From positions 39,833-103,832 of the IMG/VR virus record IMGVR_UViG_2974732664_000001: a stretch of 64,000 nucleotides of DNA; one strand, 5' to 3'. Position 1 is the stretch's first letter, and each line of letters opens with the position of its first letter. The translations under genes were made by a program, and so were the position numbers. The notes under the pieces were generated by a model. The model did not search any database. It worked only from the letters and a program-made list of their open reading frames with translations, and was not told where the DNA came from. The stretch is from a virus. Lineage: Duplodnaviria > Caudoviricetes. Below are positions 1 through 13,100 of the stretch, in pieces.

Positions 1-782
1 GCGACAAGCCTAAAAGTGCGCAAGCACAAAAGTTCTGTGAAAACTTAATAAATACCGTTGAAATAGAGCTAAGTAAACAGCTCTCAGAAGCCTATCGCAA
101 ATCTTATAGTATAGTTGGCAAGAGCGAAGATAAAATCCTCTCAGAAGCGCTTAAAATAAGCGTAGAGTATAAGGATTATATCGAAGCCTTAAAAACGAAC
201 AAGATACTTATATCTGAATACGATTTAAAGCAACTTGATACTATTAAGAATAATGTGCAAGCTCACAAATTAGCATGCATATTGTTGCGAGAATCTGGAG
301 AGTATGGCTTTACTCATATATATCATGAATTCCAAATAAATTGGGATTTTCATTTACCGTTTAAGTGCATTAAATGCAAATCTTTATTGGATAGTTGTAC
401 ATTTGACTTTCAAAATAAAGTATGTACAATTATGGATATTAAGACTACAGCTAAATTATGGCATTTTGAAGACAGTATGAAAGAATTTGATTACTGTAGG
501 CAATTGTGCTTTTATAAGGATGCTGTATATTGGTATCTTGCAAATGTACTAGGAATAACTGATGAATTTGATAAATGGAGATTCGAGTTTTATATTATTG
601 CTATTGATACAACAGGCAGTAATGAAATAAGAGTTTTCAGATTGGATCCATCTCAGGTTTGTTCTAGAAACGACGTAATAAATGATACAATGACAGAAAT
701 AGCATGGCACATGGATAAAAATCTATGGGAACATGGTTATGAGTATTATGCTGGAGATGGTAGTGAAACTTTAAACCTATGA
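1..782 (+). CDS. PD-(D/E)XK exonuclease (DUF3799/RecB-like), 5'-truncated by the window edge
   Basis: The frame is open from position 3 with no TAG. Motifs CKSLLD, IMDIKTT and YCRQLCFY; stop TGA at 780-782. Confidence 0.8.
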   Translation, partial: DKPKSAQAQKFCENLINTVEIELSKQLSEAYRKSYSIVGKSEDKILSEALKISVEYKDYIEALKTNKILISEYDLKQLDTIKNNVQAHKLACILLRESGEYGFTHIYHEFQINWDFHLPFKCIKCKSLLDSCTFDFQNKVCTIMDIKTTAKLWHFEDSMKEFDYCRQLCFYKDAVYWYLANVLGITDEFDKWRFEFYIIAIDTTGSNEIRVFRLDPSQVCSRNDVINDTMTEIAWHMDKNLWEHGYEYYAGDGSETLNL

Positions 783-925
783 GTAAAATGAAAAACGAAA
801 CTTTGAATGTTGAAGTGTTAGAAAACACATTTAATGTTATGAATCTTGAGAATACATTTAATGTAGACGATTTTGAGAATTGTGCTACAGGTGAAGAATT
901 AGAAGCAGCAATTTTGAATGTTTAA
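779..925 (+). CDS. small acidic hypothetical protein (48 aa)
   Basis: ATGA overlap with the upstream gene. MSKMKNETLNVEVLENTFNVMNLENTFNVDD...; it overlaps the next start. Confidence 0.55.
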   Translation: MSKMKNETLNVEVLENTFNVMNLENTFNVDDFENCATGEELEAAILNV

Positions 926-1307
926 TAAGGAGAAGTTTAAAAATAACTCTATATTTGTAGTTCCCTATATAATAACAAATAGAGAATTATTAACTACAAA
1001 TGCTCTTTATTCTTCAGAAATAGTTACAGTAGGAGAAAAGAAGTATATACGACTTCTTTATAATCCTATTTCTGTTGCACAGCGTTATTGGATATACAAA
1101 CAATCTGAGAGTGAATATTATTTTGACTCTAAGGTTGATGTAGAATCTAATAGTAAAGTTCTTCTTGAAGTTTTGTACGAAATACCGAAAGCAAAAAAGG
1201 CTGAAGTATCTTGTATAGAACAAGGTGGATTTGATATTCTAACAAAGCAGAATGTAGTTGATAACGCAATATACTGGGGATACTATTCCCAAGAAGTTTT
1301 GAATTAG
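918..1307 (+). CDS. hypothetical protein (129 aa), ending at TAG
   Basis: ORF track; the TAG lies immediately before the terminator hairpin. Confidence 0.7.
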   Translation: MFNKEKFKNNSIFVVPYIITNRELLTTNALYSSEIVTVGEKKYIRLLYNPISVAQRYWIYKQSESEYYFDSKVDVESNSKVLLEVLYEIPKAKKAEVSCIEQGGFDILTKQNVVDNAIYWGYYSQEVLN

Positions 1308-1313
1308 TGGATA

Positions 1314-1357
1314 AATAAACCCCGGCCACTCGTGAGAGCAGTCGGGGTCTTTTTTAT
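1314..1357. terminator. intrinsic terminator between convergent early and late units, likely bidirectional
   Basis: ACCCCGGC...GTCGGGGT stem, followed by a T-run on + and preceded by an A-rich run (AAATAAA). Confidence 0.8.
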
Positions 1358-4300
1358 TTATTAAATTTATCTAAAGCCCAATTGTATAATGGGTCATCTG
1401 AAGATTTATTTTGAATGATTTGATTTTCGTAATAGCTTCTTTTACTCTTTGAGTCAAGGATTTGTTCATAAGCATGATGAAATGGTGTTGCTTTAAACAT
1501 ATCTCTTGAAGCTTTATTCCATTCAGTATCTGTAAATGGAATATTGTAATCAGAGTAAATACCTCGCTATATACTTGGATCATAATCGTTAAGGGAGCCA
1601 CCTAGGAAAGTATCCAATAGCGATCCTCGAGGCATAATGGAATATAATGCGTATTCCGGAACGGATTTGGCAACGCTCTAAATAGCGTCTAAAGTACCAG
1701 TTTGGGCTGATACTGTCTTAAAGTTATTTAATGCATCGTCGAAACGATAAGGAGTAAATACCTCCCATTTTGTACGTACTGCAATATATGCAAGTAGCTA
1801 CATTAATTTATTATCATCATCAGAATCTGCATATGCACATATTAAGGCAACAGCAGGGCAAACAACTAATTTATATAAAGCAATTTCAATTGCAAGACGT
1901 TTTAATTGCTGACGTCTAAATCTACATAATCTAGCCTGGCTTTCGGACGAATTATCGTACAAATATCTCTGTAATGACCTAGAATTTTTCGCTCTAGAGC
2001 CCAATAATGCACCAATTGCAGAACCTATAGCAACGCCAGCCATAGGACCTACAATAGGCAAGAATGAGCCTAATGCGGCACCTGCTGCAAGACCAGTTAA
2101 GATTGATTTCTTTCTGTTCACCTAGAAGTTCTAGAGGTTTATTTCATCAGAATATCCTTTAGACAACACATTAAGTAATTGTAATCCAGACCTAAATGAA
2201 CCTCCTTTAAACTGCTGAGTAGAATTATCCCATACGGTATCTCCGAATCTCTCTTGAAGCATAAGAGGGAAATATTGTCTATGAACCAAAACTGCGGCAC
2301 CTAATGCGTTTGTTGTGATAGCAGCCTTTTGTGATTCGGTAGCCATACCATCTGCATTTTCTGCATATCTCTCAATTCTAGAATGGAGTACGTCTTCTAT
2401 CTATTTATACTATTTGTAATACTGTTTATCTACAGTAAGCTTACCATTCTCTTCTTTCATAATAGATAGTAAGCTCTTTCCTTTCTTCCACTCTTTAATC
2501 CGCTTTTTAGCCTCTTCTGGATTAAGGATATTATTCATTATAACGTCATCCTTGGTTGTAAACTCTCCATTGTAATATCTGTAAGACATTATAGTAGAAA
2601 TAGCTATAGGTGCCTTAGCACAGAAGTCAAACATAGTAAGTCCACCGAATGCCCAGTTATGAGTTATGGCGTTTATAAAATTGTTTCTGTTTGAATCCTT
2701 CATCTTTCTCTCAAGCTAACTAGCTACATTAAAATGCTCCATTATAAGCATTAAGAGGTCTTTAGAGTTATGGTCTTCTATATATTTTGCGCCCATACCA
2801 TTTTTAACTAAATGATGTAAAACAAATCTAGTGGCAGCGCAAGCGTCAGAAAAACTATATTTCTATCCAACTATAGAATTTACAATATGCGCCCATGTAG
2901 CGGTAGCAAAGCCAGTTCCAGCCACAGCTATATTACAGCCAAGGTTTACAAGTGTTGTAGCAGCTCGGAATAACTAAGCTACCTTACCCATATTAACCTC
3001 TCTACCGAATATATTGACCTACATTCTTGACGAGCGTATATTATATAGATTCATATCCAAGAATTTTCTAGCAGCCTTATATGTATTAGAAGACTTTCCG
3101 GTAACATTTCTAGTGGTTCTCTTAAGATTGCCTATACTACCAGTAATTGATACCTTTTCATGATTTCTATTCTCAATCATATCTACCATAGATTCACATG
3201 TGGCTTCTATCTACTTCTTATTCTTATACTTCTAAGACTAGTTGTAGTACTCTCCAAGTATACCTATTAAATCTGATGATAGCTATGATGCGTCCTTAAG
3301 TCTTCTAGTGTAGTACTATGGTATCATATTAAGCTGTCTACCATCTGGACGTTCTCCGCTTATTTCACTACCGAATGTAGGATCTTTTGAGTTAATAATA
3401 TCTCCAAACTAATCCTGGTCAGACAATGCCTAGTCAATAAACTATCCGTATGTACCATCTTGTTCCCATCCTTTCTCTCCAATACCAACGGTATCTTTAA
3501 AATATTCTCTAAGAGCGCCTCCAGAAGAAGATGGATCTACATTACCAGTTTTAATAAAGTCCCAAGCCATTCTCCATTTACCACTATGTTTTTTAAGATA
3601 TTTAAAGAACGAACCTGTTATCTATGGAAGAAGATAATTGTCTACATAATTTCTGTTTACCTATAACTCGTTAGACTCTTTAATTGTTTGATACGTCTTA
3701 TCATAAAGAGCTTTAAGAGTCTTAGATTTTATAATCTTGTTATACTGCTCAGAATTGTCGTATAATTCCCTTTTTGGCACAAATGCCTATCCATAACTAT
3801 CGTCGAAATCTTTATCAAGTAAATCGTTATTCTCATCAGAGTTAAGATAACCATCTCCTGGTAGAACCTCCATAAATCTGTCGTAGTAAGCCTATTTTGC
3901 TACAACTTTTCTAAACCAAGGTTTAGCCTACCATGATATTTCTCCATCTATATCCTCTACAAGTCTACCAGTATTTCTCTAAAATGTATCAAGATAACCT
4001 GGCTCGTCCTTGTCTCTAAGAGCTGCCAATCTGTGCATTTCTTTATATACATCAGTCAATGAAGATTTAGCATATTTTCTAAAAATTTTTGCACGATTTT
4101 TAGAAAGCTTTTTTAAATCTTTATCCTCTCTTACAGCTTGCTTTCTAATCTTAGCTAACTCTTTGTCTATTTCTTGTATTTTATTCTGTATGGACTTCTA
4201 TAATTTAGAAGGGTTTATATCACCGGTATTGTAATCTCTGTATGTAGACAGTATATTGTACTTCTGTTGCTATAATTCTTCATATCTAGCTCCATGGTCG

Positions 4301-7191
4301 CTAACTCCGTCTACAATTATTGCGTATACAGGTTTCTCTGCTTCATTATCGATAGTTTCCCAAAGTAATGCTTTACCAGTCTCTTCGTTTACCTTGAGTC
4401 TAGTCTTACTGTTTCTTGAGTCCCATTTTCTAAGCTTATTGAAATCGAAGTTACCATCTTCACCTTTAGCCATTTCTTCAAGACCACCACACTCTTGAAT
4501 AATTTTGTTTCTATCAGCCTGCCATCTCTTTGTATCTTTCTTAACTTTATCGGAAGAATTAAAGAGAGTTTCGTTCAGTTTCTAAAGCTCTTTTGCTATA
4601 CGGTATTCTGGAGTTCCTTCTATCTTAAGCTCTCCGTTTATGTCATAATCAGAAGCTAACTATTTCTTTTGTATATACAGGCCTCTAAGTGTATTCCATT
4701 CAGAATCTGTAAGTCTATCAAAATGATAGTTTCCAAACTCGTCTTTACAGCTCTACTTTATGGCTTTAATCTATATCTGGATAGAATCACGTGCTCTCAT
4801 AGTATCTGCAGAAAGATTTGCAAATGCTTCGTAGTATTCTTTCTTATATTTCCTATGACAGTTTTTGCTTAACCAATCATTTACTTCTTTACTCCATTTT
4901 ACACCATCATCACCTTTTGGCTATTCCTTATTAGATGGGTCTAATCCGTATTTGAGATTAAGCTTTTCCATGAACTCCTATCTTTTTCTGAAAAATTTAC
5001 CATAATTAAGGTCTCTTACCAAATAACCTGTAGTAAATCCGTTATCATCAACCTCATAAAGATCAAGAACACTTTCGCCAAACTTAAGCTATTCTTTAAG
5101 CTGCATAAGTTCTACGACTCTGTCATGGGTATCTCTATCAGCTTTATGAGTAGCCTTATCTATAAGATAAGCCATTGCTCTTAAAGATTCATCTTTAGCA
5201 GAATCCATAGAACCTACAGTAGTATAAAACCAGTTTGTATCGTATCCTATAGTCTTAAGGTGGTTGATATAATCTGCTATTGTAGGAGAATGAACATCGT
5301 TACCTATCTATGCAAACCTCTTCTTCATGTTATTAATGAGGATCTCAGACATAAGAGATGTAGCGTCTGCTGCTACAGCTTCAGAACTTTGTACAATCTA
5401 GATTATTCTTTGTATATCGTTAAGTGTAGCCCTATCCTATTGCGGTTTATCCTCAAGTTCTTTTATGAGTAAATCTATTACAGTAGGAGAATTAAGAGCG
5501 CTGTTAATCTCTGATAAAATCTTCTAATATGTACCAAAGTTATCATGTGCTAAGAACATATACTCAGCATCGCTTATAGTCATATTATCTTGTCTTATCT
5601 TGTGTATCTTTTTGGAATCAATAAGAATCTATGGTGCGATCTATTGAACAAGACTAGCTATTGAATAAAATGTGCCTCCAAGTCTATCTTTAAAAGACTG
5701 AACTTGAGATCTAAGTATCTCTATGTTCTCACTCTTATATTCTTCTTGAAGCTAAGATACTTTAATAGCAGCCTATCTTTTTGATAAGGCAGTAGCTATG
5801 TTATTACACATTTCTTCTATTCTCTTCTATGCTATTTCTTCTGAATCTCGTGTATTAAGACCGAGATCGTTATCATTAATTCTATCAACTCGCATAGAAT
5901 TATTAACTTCTGCATAATTAGTAGCTCTAATAAGATCTTCTCTAGTCTACTATATCTAGTCGTTTGATAGTACAGAATTATCTAAAGATTTATATACTTC
6001 CTGGATTATTTTAGACGCCTACAAGCCTTCAAATTTAAGAATAGGTCTATTGAGTAGATAAGACGCAACAGTATTCTAATACAGCTTTAATTGGTCTTTA
6101 TTTGTATTAAATACATTACTGTTTACTAATAATCTAGATAGGCTATTTACAAGGTTTTTTAACGCAAGAATTGGAGCTTTGTTATTCTTTTTATCTTCAA
6201 GAATAGCTCTCTAGTACAGCATGCTTCTTATATCTTGTCTTGTAGCGAATTCAGAAGCAAACTCTTTTTCGTTTTCAAGACAATAGTAAAGACCAGACAT
6301 ATCCATTCTGCTAAATAACTCCTTAGGAAACAACTTGCTAAATATATTAAATACCTTTCTGTTCTAATCTCTGAATTTAATGTCTTCCTTAGTTTTTGCG
6401 TTATTTATAGGATCTGTTGTTATAGCATGCATTATCTCATGTAAATATGTATCAGCTAAATACTGATTAGACACATTGTTAGCCAACTATGGGTCAATAG
6501 ATATTGCGCTTTTTCCATTTACTGTATAAGTCTTCATTAAGCTACCATCTTCGTGATTTTTGAAAACAGTAGGTATTTCATGGAGCTATAAAACTTCTGT
6601 AAGCTTTTCGTTCTATGGAGAGAATAATCTCAACTATGAGAATCTGGAAACAATATCTTTACTAGACTATTCTTTGCCACTCTATAAAGCACTTGATATA
6701 GATTCGCCAAAAGTAGAATATATATTAGCTCTCTTAAATTTGTTTTGTATGCCAATCTTAGACCTAAGTGAAGCAGAAGCTTTTGCTTTTTCTAACGACT
6801 ATCCAAAAGGAAGTATAGGCTCTCCGTTAATATCAATTTTATCCTTACTGATACTATCGCTAAGCCAATCTCCAAAGTGCTTTCTAAACGTCTTTGAATA
6901 TAAATTAGTTTTAGCTTTTATGGCTTTATTTATATCGCCATTGTATATCTACAATAGCTGTTGAAATACTAATGATGGCTAGCCATTTGGAGCTAAATCC
7001 ATGAGATTGCCATTATTAGCATGATAGGCTTTATAGGCTGCTTCCATAGCAGAGTAATCAAGTCCGCGTCGCTGATTTCTCAACTCTGCGGACTTAAATT
7101 CATCTTCTGTCATTGGTTTACCACCAAGTGCCTATATTATATTGTTAAAGCCATCAAAAACATCTTTATTTTTATAATAAGGACAAAACAT
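1354..7191 (-). CDS. large virion cargo / RNAP-associated protein (~1945 aa, code 15) with zincin domain
   Basis: Start MFCPYYKN..., with LAPNGQPS and FGDW segments typical of crAss large cargo proteins. HEIMH at ~6425-6442 followed by EFASEF. All coding fragments share one frame; glycine-rich hydrophobic segment at ~2000-2100; TAA at 1354. Confidence 0.8.
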
Positions 7192-7193
7192 AA

Positions 7194-10100
7194 TTAACAT
7201 TTTTTATTATCATTCGTTTCTTTAGACTCTTCTGATAAAGCGTCGAACTAAGATAGCAACTACTCGTAACTGCCTCCAGTTTTATTTGGATCATCAATAT
7301 CTTGAGATGGCTATTGTTCACTCTGACCATCTATCTACTATATCAAGTCATCAGCAGACTAAGCGTTCTTAGTATCTTCTATATTTGTAATAGCACCATC
7401 AGCTGCATCATACAACATATTTATATCGCCTTCAGCACTTTCTTGTTCATCAGTTTTAACATCGACATCATCAAGTATATATTTCTACTTCTCTGTTTCT
7501 AAAGATTCTGGATTGCTCATAATTTTACCGAGAATATATATCCTGCAAGGTCCAAGTGTAGATGTTATGTTATACTGATTAAGCATAGCTGAATGCGCTC
7601 CAGCTTGCTCTATAACACCATCACCTGTAGACAATATTGTGAAGTTTGTTACATTTGATGAAATTAAATCCTTTACAATAGAATCAACTTTGTCGTTTAC
7701 ATTCTTCTGCAACAATACGTCTGGAGCTTCATCTTTGAGTTTCTTAGAGTATTCTGCTATAAACTATCTGCGTTGAGCTTTAGTTAAATCTGAAGCAAGA
7801 GTATCTTCGTATTCGCTTTCTTTCTATGTGATATAATCGCTTACCTGCTTTTTAGATGGTTCAAACTTGGATATATCTCCATTGAAATGTACAAAACTAT
7901 ATATTCCGATACTCTGTCTTGATTGTATCTATTCAACAATCTGCTATAAATTAGCATTATTGATATTTATATCAACTCCATAACTCTTTATATCCTGTTC
8001 AATCTTATTAATAGGATTAATAGCTGATACAAATTCTACAGAACCATCTTCATTTGTAACCTTGTTGTTAAGTTTGTTATCATTAGGATTTACTTCATAA
8101 TATGAACCATTTATCTTCAGAGGATTAATAGTTGAAGAGAATCTGTACATAACAACTTGCTTAGATTCGTCTTTTTGTTTAGATTTACCATTCTTTTTAT
8201 CTTTAGACAAAGATTCCGTAAGATCGTTTGCATACTGCTCAGCATAATCCAAAAGCTTGTCAGATTTAAATGTGCTAGGCAACTTATTCTCATCAAATAT
8301 AGAAACGCCTTCAGAACCCTACATGAATTCGTACAACTATGTTCCTTTTATCTATAATCCAAACTTAGGAACAATCATGTAAACCCTCTTGGTCTCTAAG
8401 GCTTTATTTTCTTTATTTAAGCCTTCGATTGCACCTGCATATCTATAAACAACATATTGATCTCCTCGTTTGATCTTAAAGTATCTAGACTTAGGTATAC
8501 TTCTAGAATTAGAAACAAGAAGAGCATTAACCTTTTTCTTTATACCATCAACTTTAAGAACGGTTCCTTCATATTTAATAATATCTCTTTTATCTTCGAA
8601 ATACATAGGAACAACGTCGTCATTCTTATAAAGGTTTCTTGCTATTACATCAAGAATATCATTAGCCATCAACTATGCATCTTCTAAAGACTTATGCTAA
8701 TATCCGTTTCTGGTTCTAGAATCAAGAGCTAAGCTAAGAGCTCTATCATACTGGCGTCTATATCTAGGAGGAATTATATCAGAGAAAGAATAAGCGCTAT
8801 TAGTATCGTATGTAGAATAGTATGCATATATAGCTAAATCCCTAGCTACTCTTCTAACTCTTTCAGACGGATGAGTTAATAACTAATCAAAGGCAGACAT
8901 GAGTCTCTACTTCTGTTCTACACCAACATTCATCTATGTCTTTGAGAGCATCATTCTTCCTACGCTTGATCCTTTTATTCCGGTCTGTGGTCTAAGATAT
9001 TCGAATAATTCATTACTTATAACACCATCCTAATCTACAAGGCCTTGAGCTTCATCAGAATCTGGATCATCTATTATATCCTGCATAAGATTAGCAAGGT
9101 TCTGGAATATTGTGTTTCTATCATATTCGTCACCTTCTTTATCTCCATACAGAATTCTTTTATAGTTCCTTTCTATTTCCTATCTATCTCCACCAAATGT
9201 AAAGTCTATAGGACCAGTGTAATCATCTGTAGCCTCAATCTTTGGAGCAAAGTCAAGTAATGCCTAGAATCTTAACATACTCTCTATTGATGAACCAATA
9301 GCTTGCACAACATCATCTTTCATTACTTGCTTGTATCCATCGTAAGGAGTTCCTGTATAATTACCATCCTTATCAAATCTCCACTTTGTATATCCCTAGA
9401 ACTATTCATCAGCATTTAAGCTAGCGAGAGCTGTTCTAAGCAGATTAGCATATAAAGGAGTAGCAGAGAATGTCTGGTTCTACAGTATTCTCTATACAAG
9501 CTCTGTAGAATTATAGAACTTAGAATCTAAGAACAGATTATGGAAGTATCTCATAAGAGCAGCTGTCGTCTCAGTAGGAGTTAACTCCTCTCCAGTCTTT
9601 TCATCAATCTTCTGCTCGTATTTATTTCCGTCATTTATATACCACTCAACCTTATGATCTCCATACTTAAACTGCTCGTATGTATTCTTAAAGTTGATAT
9701 GTGAAGAAATGTTATTACCGAACTTCTTTGTATCGATCTTAGATACCTTTACAAGGTCTGCAAGCTCGTCTGCATATGTCTTTATCTTGCCAAATGATCT
9801 TAACGATAACATTTGATAATACAAGCCAAATGTAGAATCAATATGCTCTATAGCGTAAATACCCTTCTCAAAGTTCATGGCATCTTTCCACTATATGTCT
9901 TTATCATTACCTATGATAAGATTAAATATATCTGCAGTATACTTATTGATGACGTTCTGGTTCTTTTCTCCATCAGACTTTAATGAATCATTGATAGAAT
10001 CAATGATTTCGTCTCTATGTTTCTTTATATAGTCTTCGTTAAGAACATAAGATACGCCACCAGACTTCTTTTTAAATGTCTTATACAAATTCTTTAAACC

Positions 10101-13100
10101 AAGCTTATCAGCAAGATTCTGTCTAGTTACATTAAGAAGATAACTGTATATCTAAGAATGATTGTTTAATTCCTAAGATTTTCCATCAGCCTTAAAGTTC
10201 TTTCCAAATGTACCCTTGGCAGAACCCATTAACTATCCATACTTCTTAAGTATTGGCTAAGCAATAAATGAGAATGTAGCCTTACCCTTTCCTGCTCTAA
10301 GCAAGAAGTTTACATGATTATATGTAGCAGAGTTAATGTTAAGGTCAAAGATATATGGGTCCTTGGCAACGTCCACATGGGCATTAACCATAGCTGACAA
10401 CCAGTCTGAAATACGTTCTCCATCTTCTCCAAGAACCTAGTCAAGGTCATGGAATCCGAATTGATTATCTCCGTATCTCATAGACAAATGAGTAAACTAT
10501 GTAAGAGCCATATTTGTTACATTCAATGCGAATGGACCAATACCGTCTTTACCTGTAGAGAACTCCATCTTACGTCTAGACTGGAATGAAGGAGTAAGCT
10601 CATACATAGATGGTCTATACTCACTTAATCCACTCTTTAAGTGAGGAAGAATCTCTGACTTGATAACATCTGTAATAGTATCAATAGAAGCACGCGCATT
10701 AGAAAAGTTTCTTGTATCAGATATGATGTCAATGTAATTATTGAGCAATCTATTCTATATAGCTCCATAAGAAGCTTGCTACAAAATTTTCTGCACTGCA
10801 TTTTGCTTAGATCCTTTTACCTTGCTAGAGAATATGTCGGATATTTGTTTTTCCTACTCTTCTGTAATTGTGTCTAATTCACCGTTTGTGTAAGACATAG
10901 TAGCAATAAACAGTTTATCGACATCGAAGTCAGAACCTGTCTGAGCAGTAAACTCTCTAGGAACTACTATTGTATCACCAGATTGAGTAGGAAGTACATC
11001 GGCTACTGTCATAGCAAACATAGATGACATACCCTGTGTAGGAATACGATAGCCAATACCAAAAGGTTTAGGGTGAGAATATGATTTCTGTATAGATATG
11101 TTTGTATTTGTATTAAAATCCAAATTAACATTATCTAATAAATCTTTTAATTCTAATTGTAATTTATTGCCAATTTGGTTTTTGTAATCCTAATGTTTAT
11201 CAATTACATCTTTTATTGTATAAACGTTATTCTTCTATAAAATACGTAATAATTTAACAGATAAATTAAAATCTTCTATCTTTGCGTCTAAAATACCTTT
11301 GAGTTGTTTTTGTTCTTCTGTAATATTCCAATATTCTTCAGATTTTAATCCATTAATTACATCGTGATCGATAAGCCACTGTCTCATCATACCATATGTC
11401 TTCTGATATTCTTGAGGAACAACTGGTCTAAAGAAGTTGATAGAAAGCATAACTTCCATACTACCATTCTATGTATTCCATCTAATCTCTCTACCTCCGT
11501 TAAGCAAATGATAATCGCCATCTTCGTAAGATCTAACACTATTATCATCAAAGCCCGTAAAGCCAAATATAGATTGCTGGACGGCAGAGCCTCCTTTGGT
11601 TTGTATATCTATTACATCTTTACTAACTGCAGAGAACACACTTTGCTCAAATACCTTTCTAGACATAAGTGATGCTACAACGCCGCCATTATGAATAATC
11701 TCTTCAGCAGATACACCAAGTCCATTGTTTTTAACGATAGTTTCTACAAGATTTCTTACCTATCTCTAGTTTATATGAGTAAATCTACCTTCATCATTCT
11801 AAGAATAGAATCTATCCTATACTTTGTTAATACCAAGCATAGTCATAGCATTAATACAAGCCATAAGATCAGCTTTTATTTCTCTACCATATCTAGAAGG
11901 TTTACTCTAACCTTGCCAGTCAGCTTTATTTAAACCGTACTTAAGATTATCAAACAAGTTAGAGAACGCAAGTTTAAACATCTGCGTACCAATAGATCTT
12001 TCAGTAGCCTCGTGAGCATCAGTATTAAGCTGCATACGAATTCCGTTAAGATCCTATACTTGTACAGAAAGCTTACTTCCTTCAGTAGTATTAGCTTTAA
12101 CTTCTCCTGTAGATCTATCAATATATTGATCAGAATCATTATTGATTGCATCGTCCATTGTTGTTATATCTCCATCTATAATCTTTACATCTTTATTATA
12201 TGGAGAGTATCTATTCTGGTTATCACCAACTTTAACAGCAGATTCAAATGCTATCATATCGATCTCATTACCATCTTTGTTCATACGATCATAAAGCTAT
12301 CTACCAGACGTACTCTATGTAGCATACTTAAACATAGGGAAAATAGCCATCTTATTATACACAGGAAGATTCTAGAATATACCAGGACCAAGTTCTGTAG
12401 GACTATTACTGAAGTAAGTCATCTTAAGAGGGAATAACTGAAGTTTACTAACCTTTCTGGCTTTCTCTGGGTCATTCATCCAAGAACCATCAGTCTCAAG
12501 GATCTTATAAGCCTCCTCGTCAGAATATCCAGACTCATCTGGCTCTGTAGTCCAGTTACCAAGATTCATACGGATCTTTCTATATAGAGCAGGTCTGATA
12601 CAAACCTATGCGTCTGATACGGTAATCTCTTCGTATGGAGACATCTATTGTTTAGATCGAATATCAACAGCTTCTTTTACACTCTTTGGAGCTTTATCAA
12701 GAATAGATTTATAATAATTGTCTTTAAGATACATCTTAGTAATCTATCCTTCTCTTGTAAGCTTTTCGCCTAACTCTTTAGATTCTTTCTCAACAATCTT
12801 ATCAAACCATTCTGGATTAGATCTAATTTCATCTGCAAGTATTTGTCTTCCAAACTGCGTCTAAACGTCATTTATGAACTTAGATTTAGCTACAATATCA
12901 TTTATGTTAAGAACTGTATACTTGCTTCCTCTAAGCTCTTCTTTACCACTTATTGGATCTTTAAATTCTTGTATCTCCCTATTAGAATATTCTGTTCTAA
13001 GATTCTGTCCTGGAGAAAGTATAGCTCCCAAACGTTTAATCTTATCAGCGTCCTTAGCAGTCAATCTTCTTACTTCCTAAGTACTACCATCAACAGTAAA

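Noticed and set aside
815-865. LENTFNV duplication in the 48-aa ORF as a regulatory repeat
   Set aside because: There are only two imperfect in-frame copies, most simply a coding micro-duplication.
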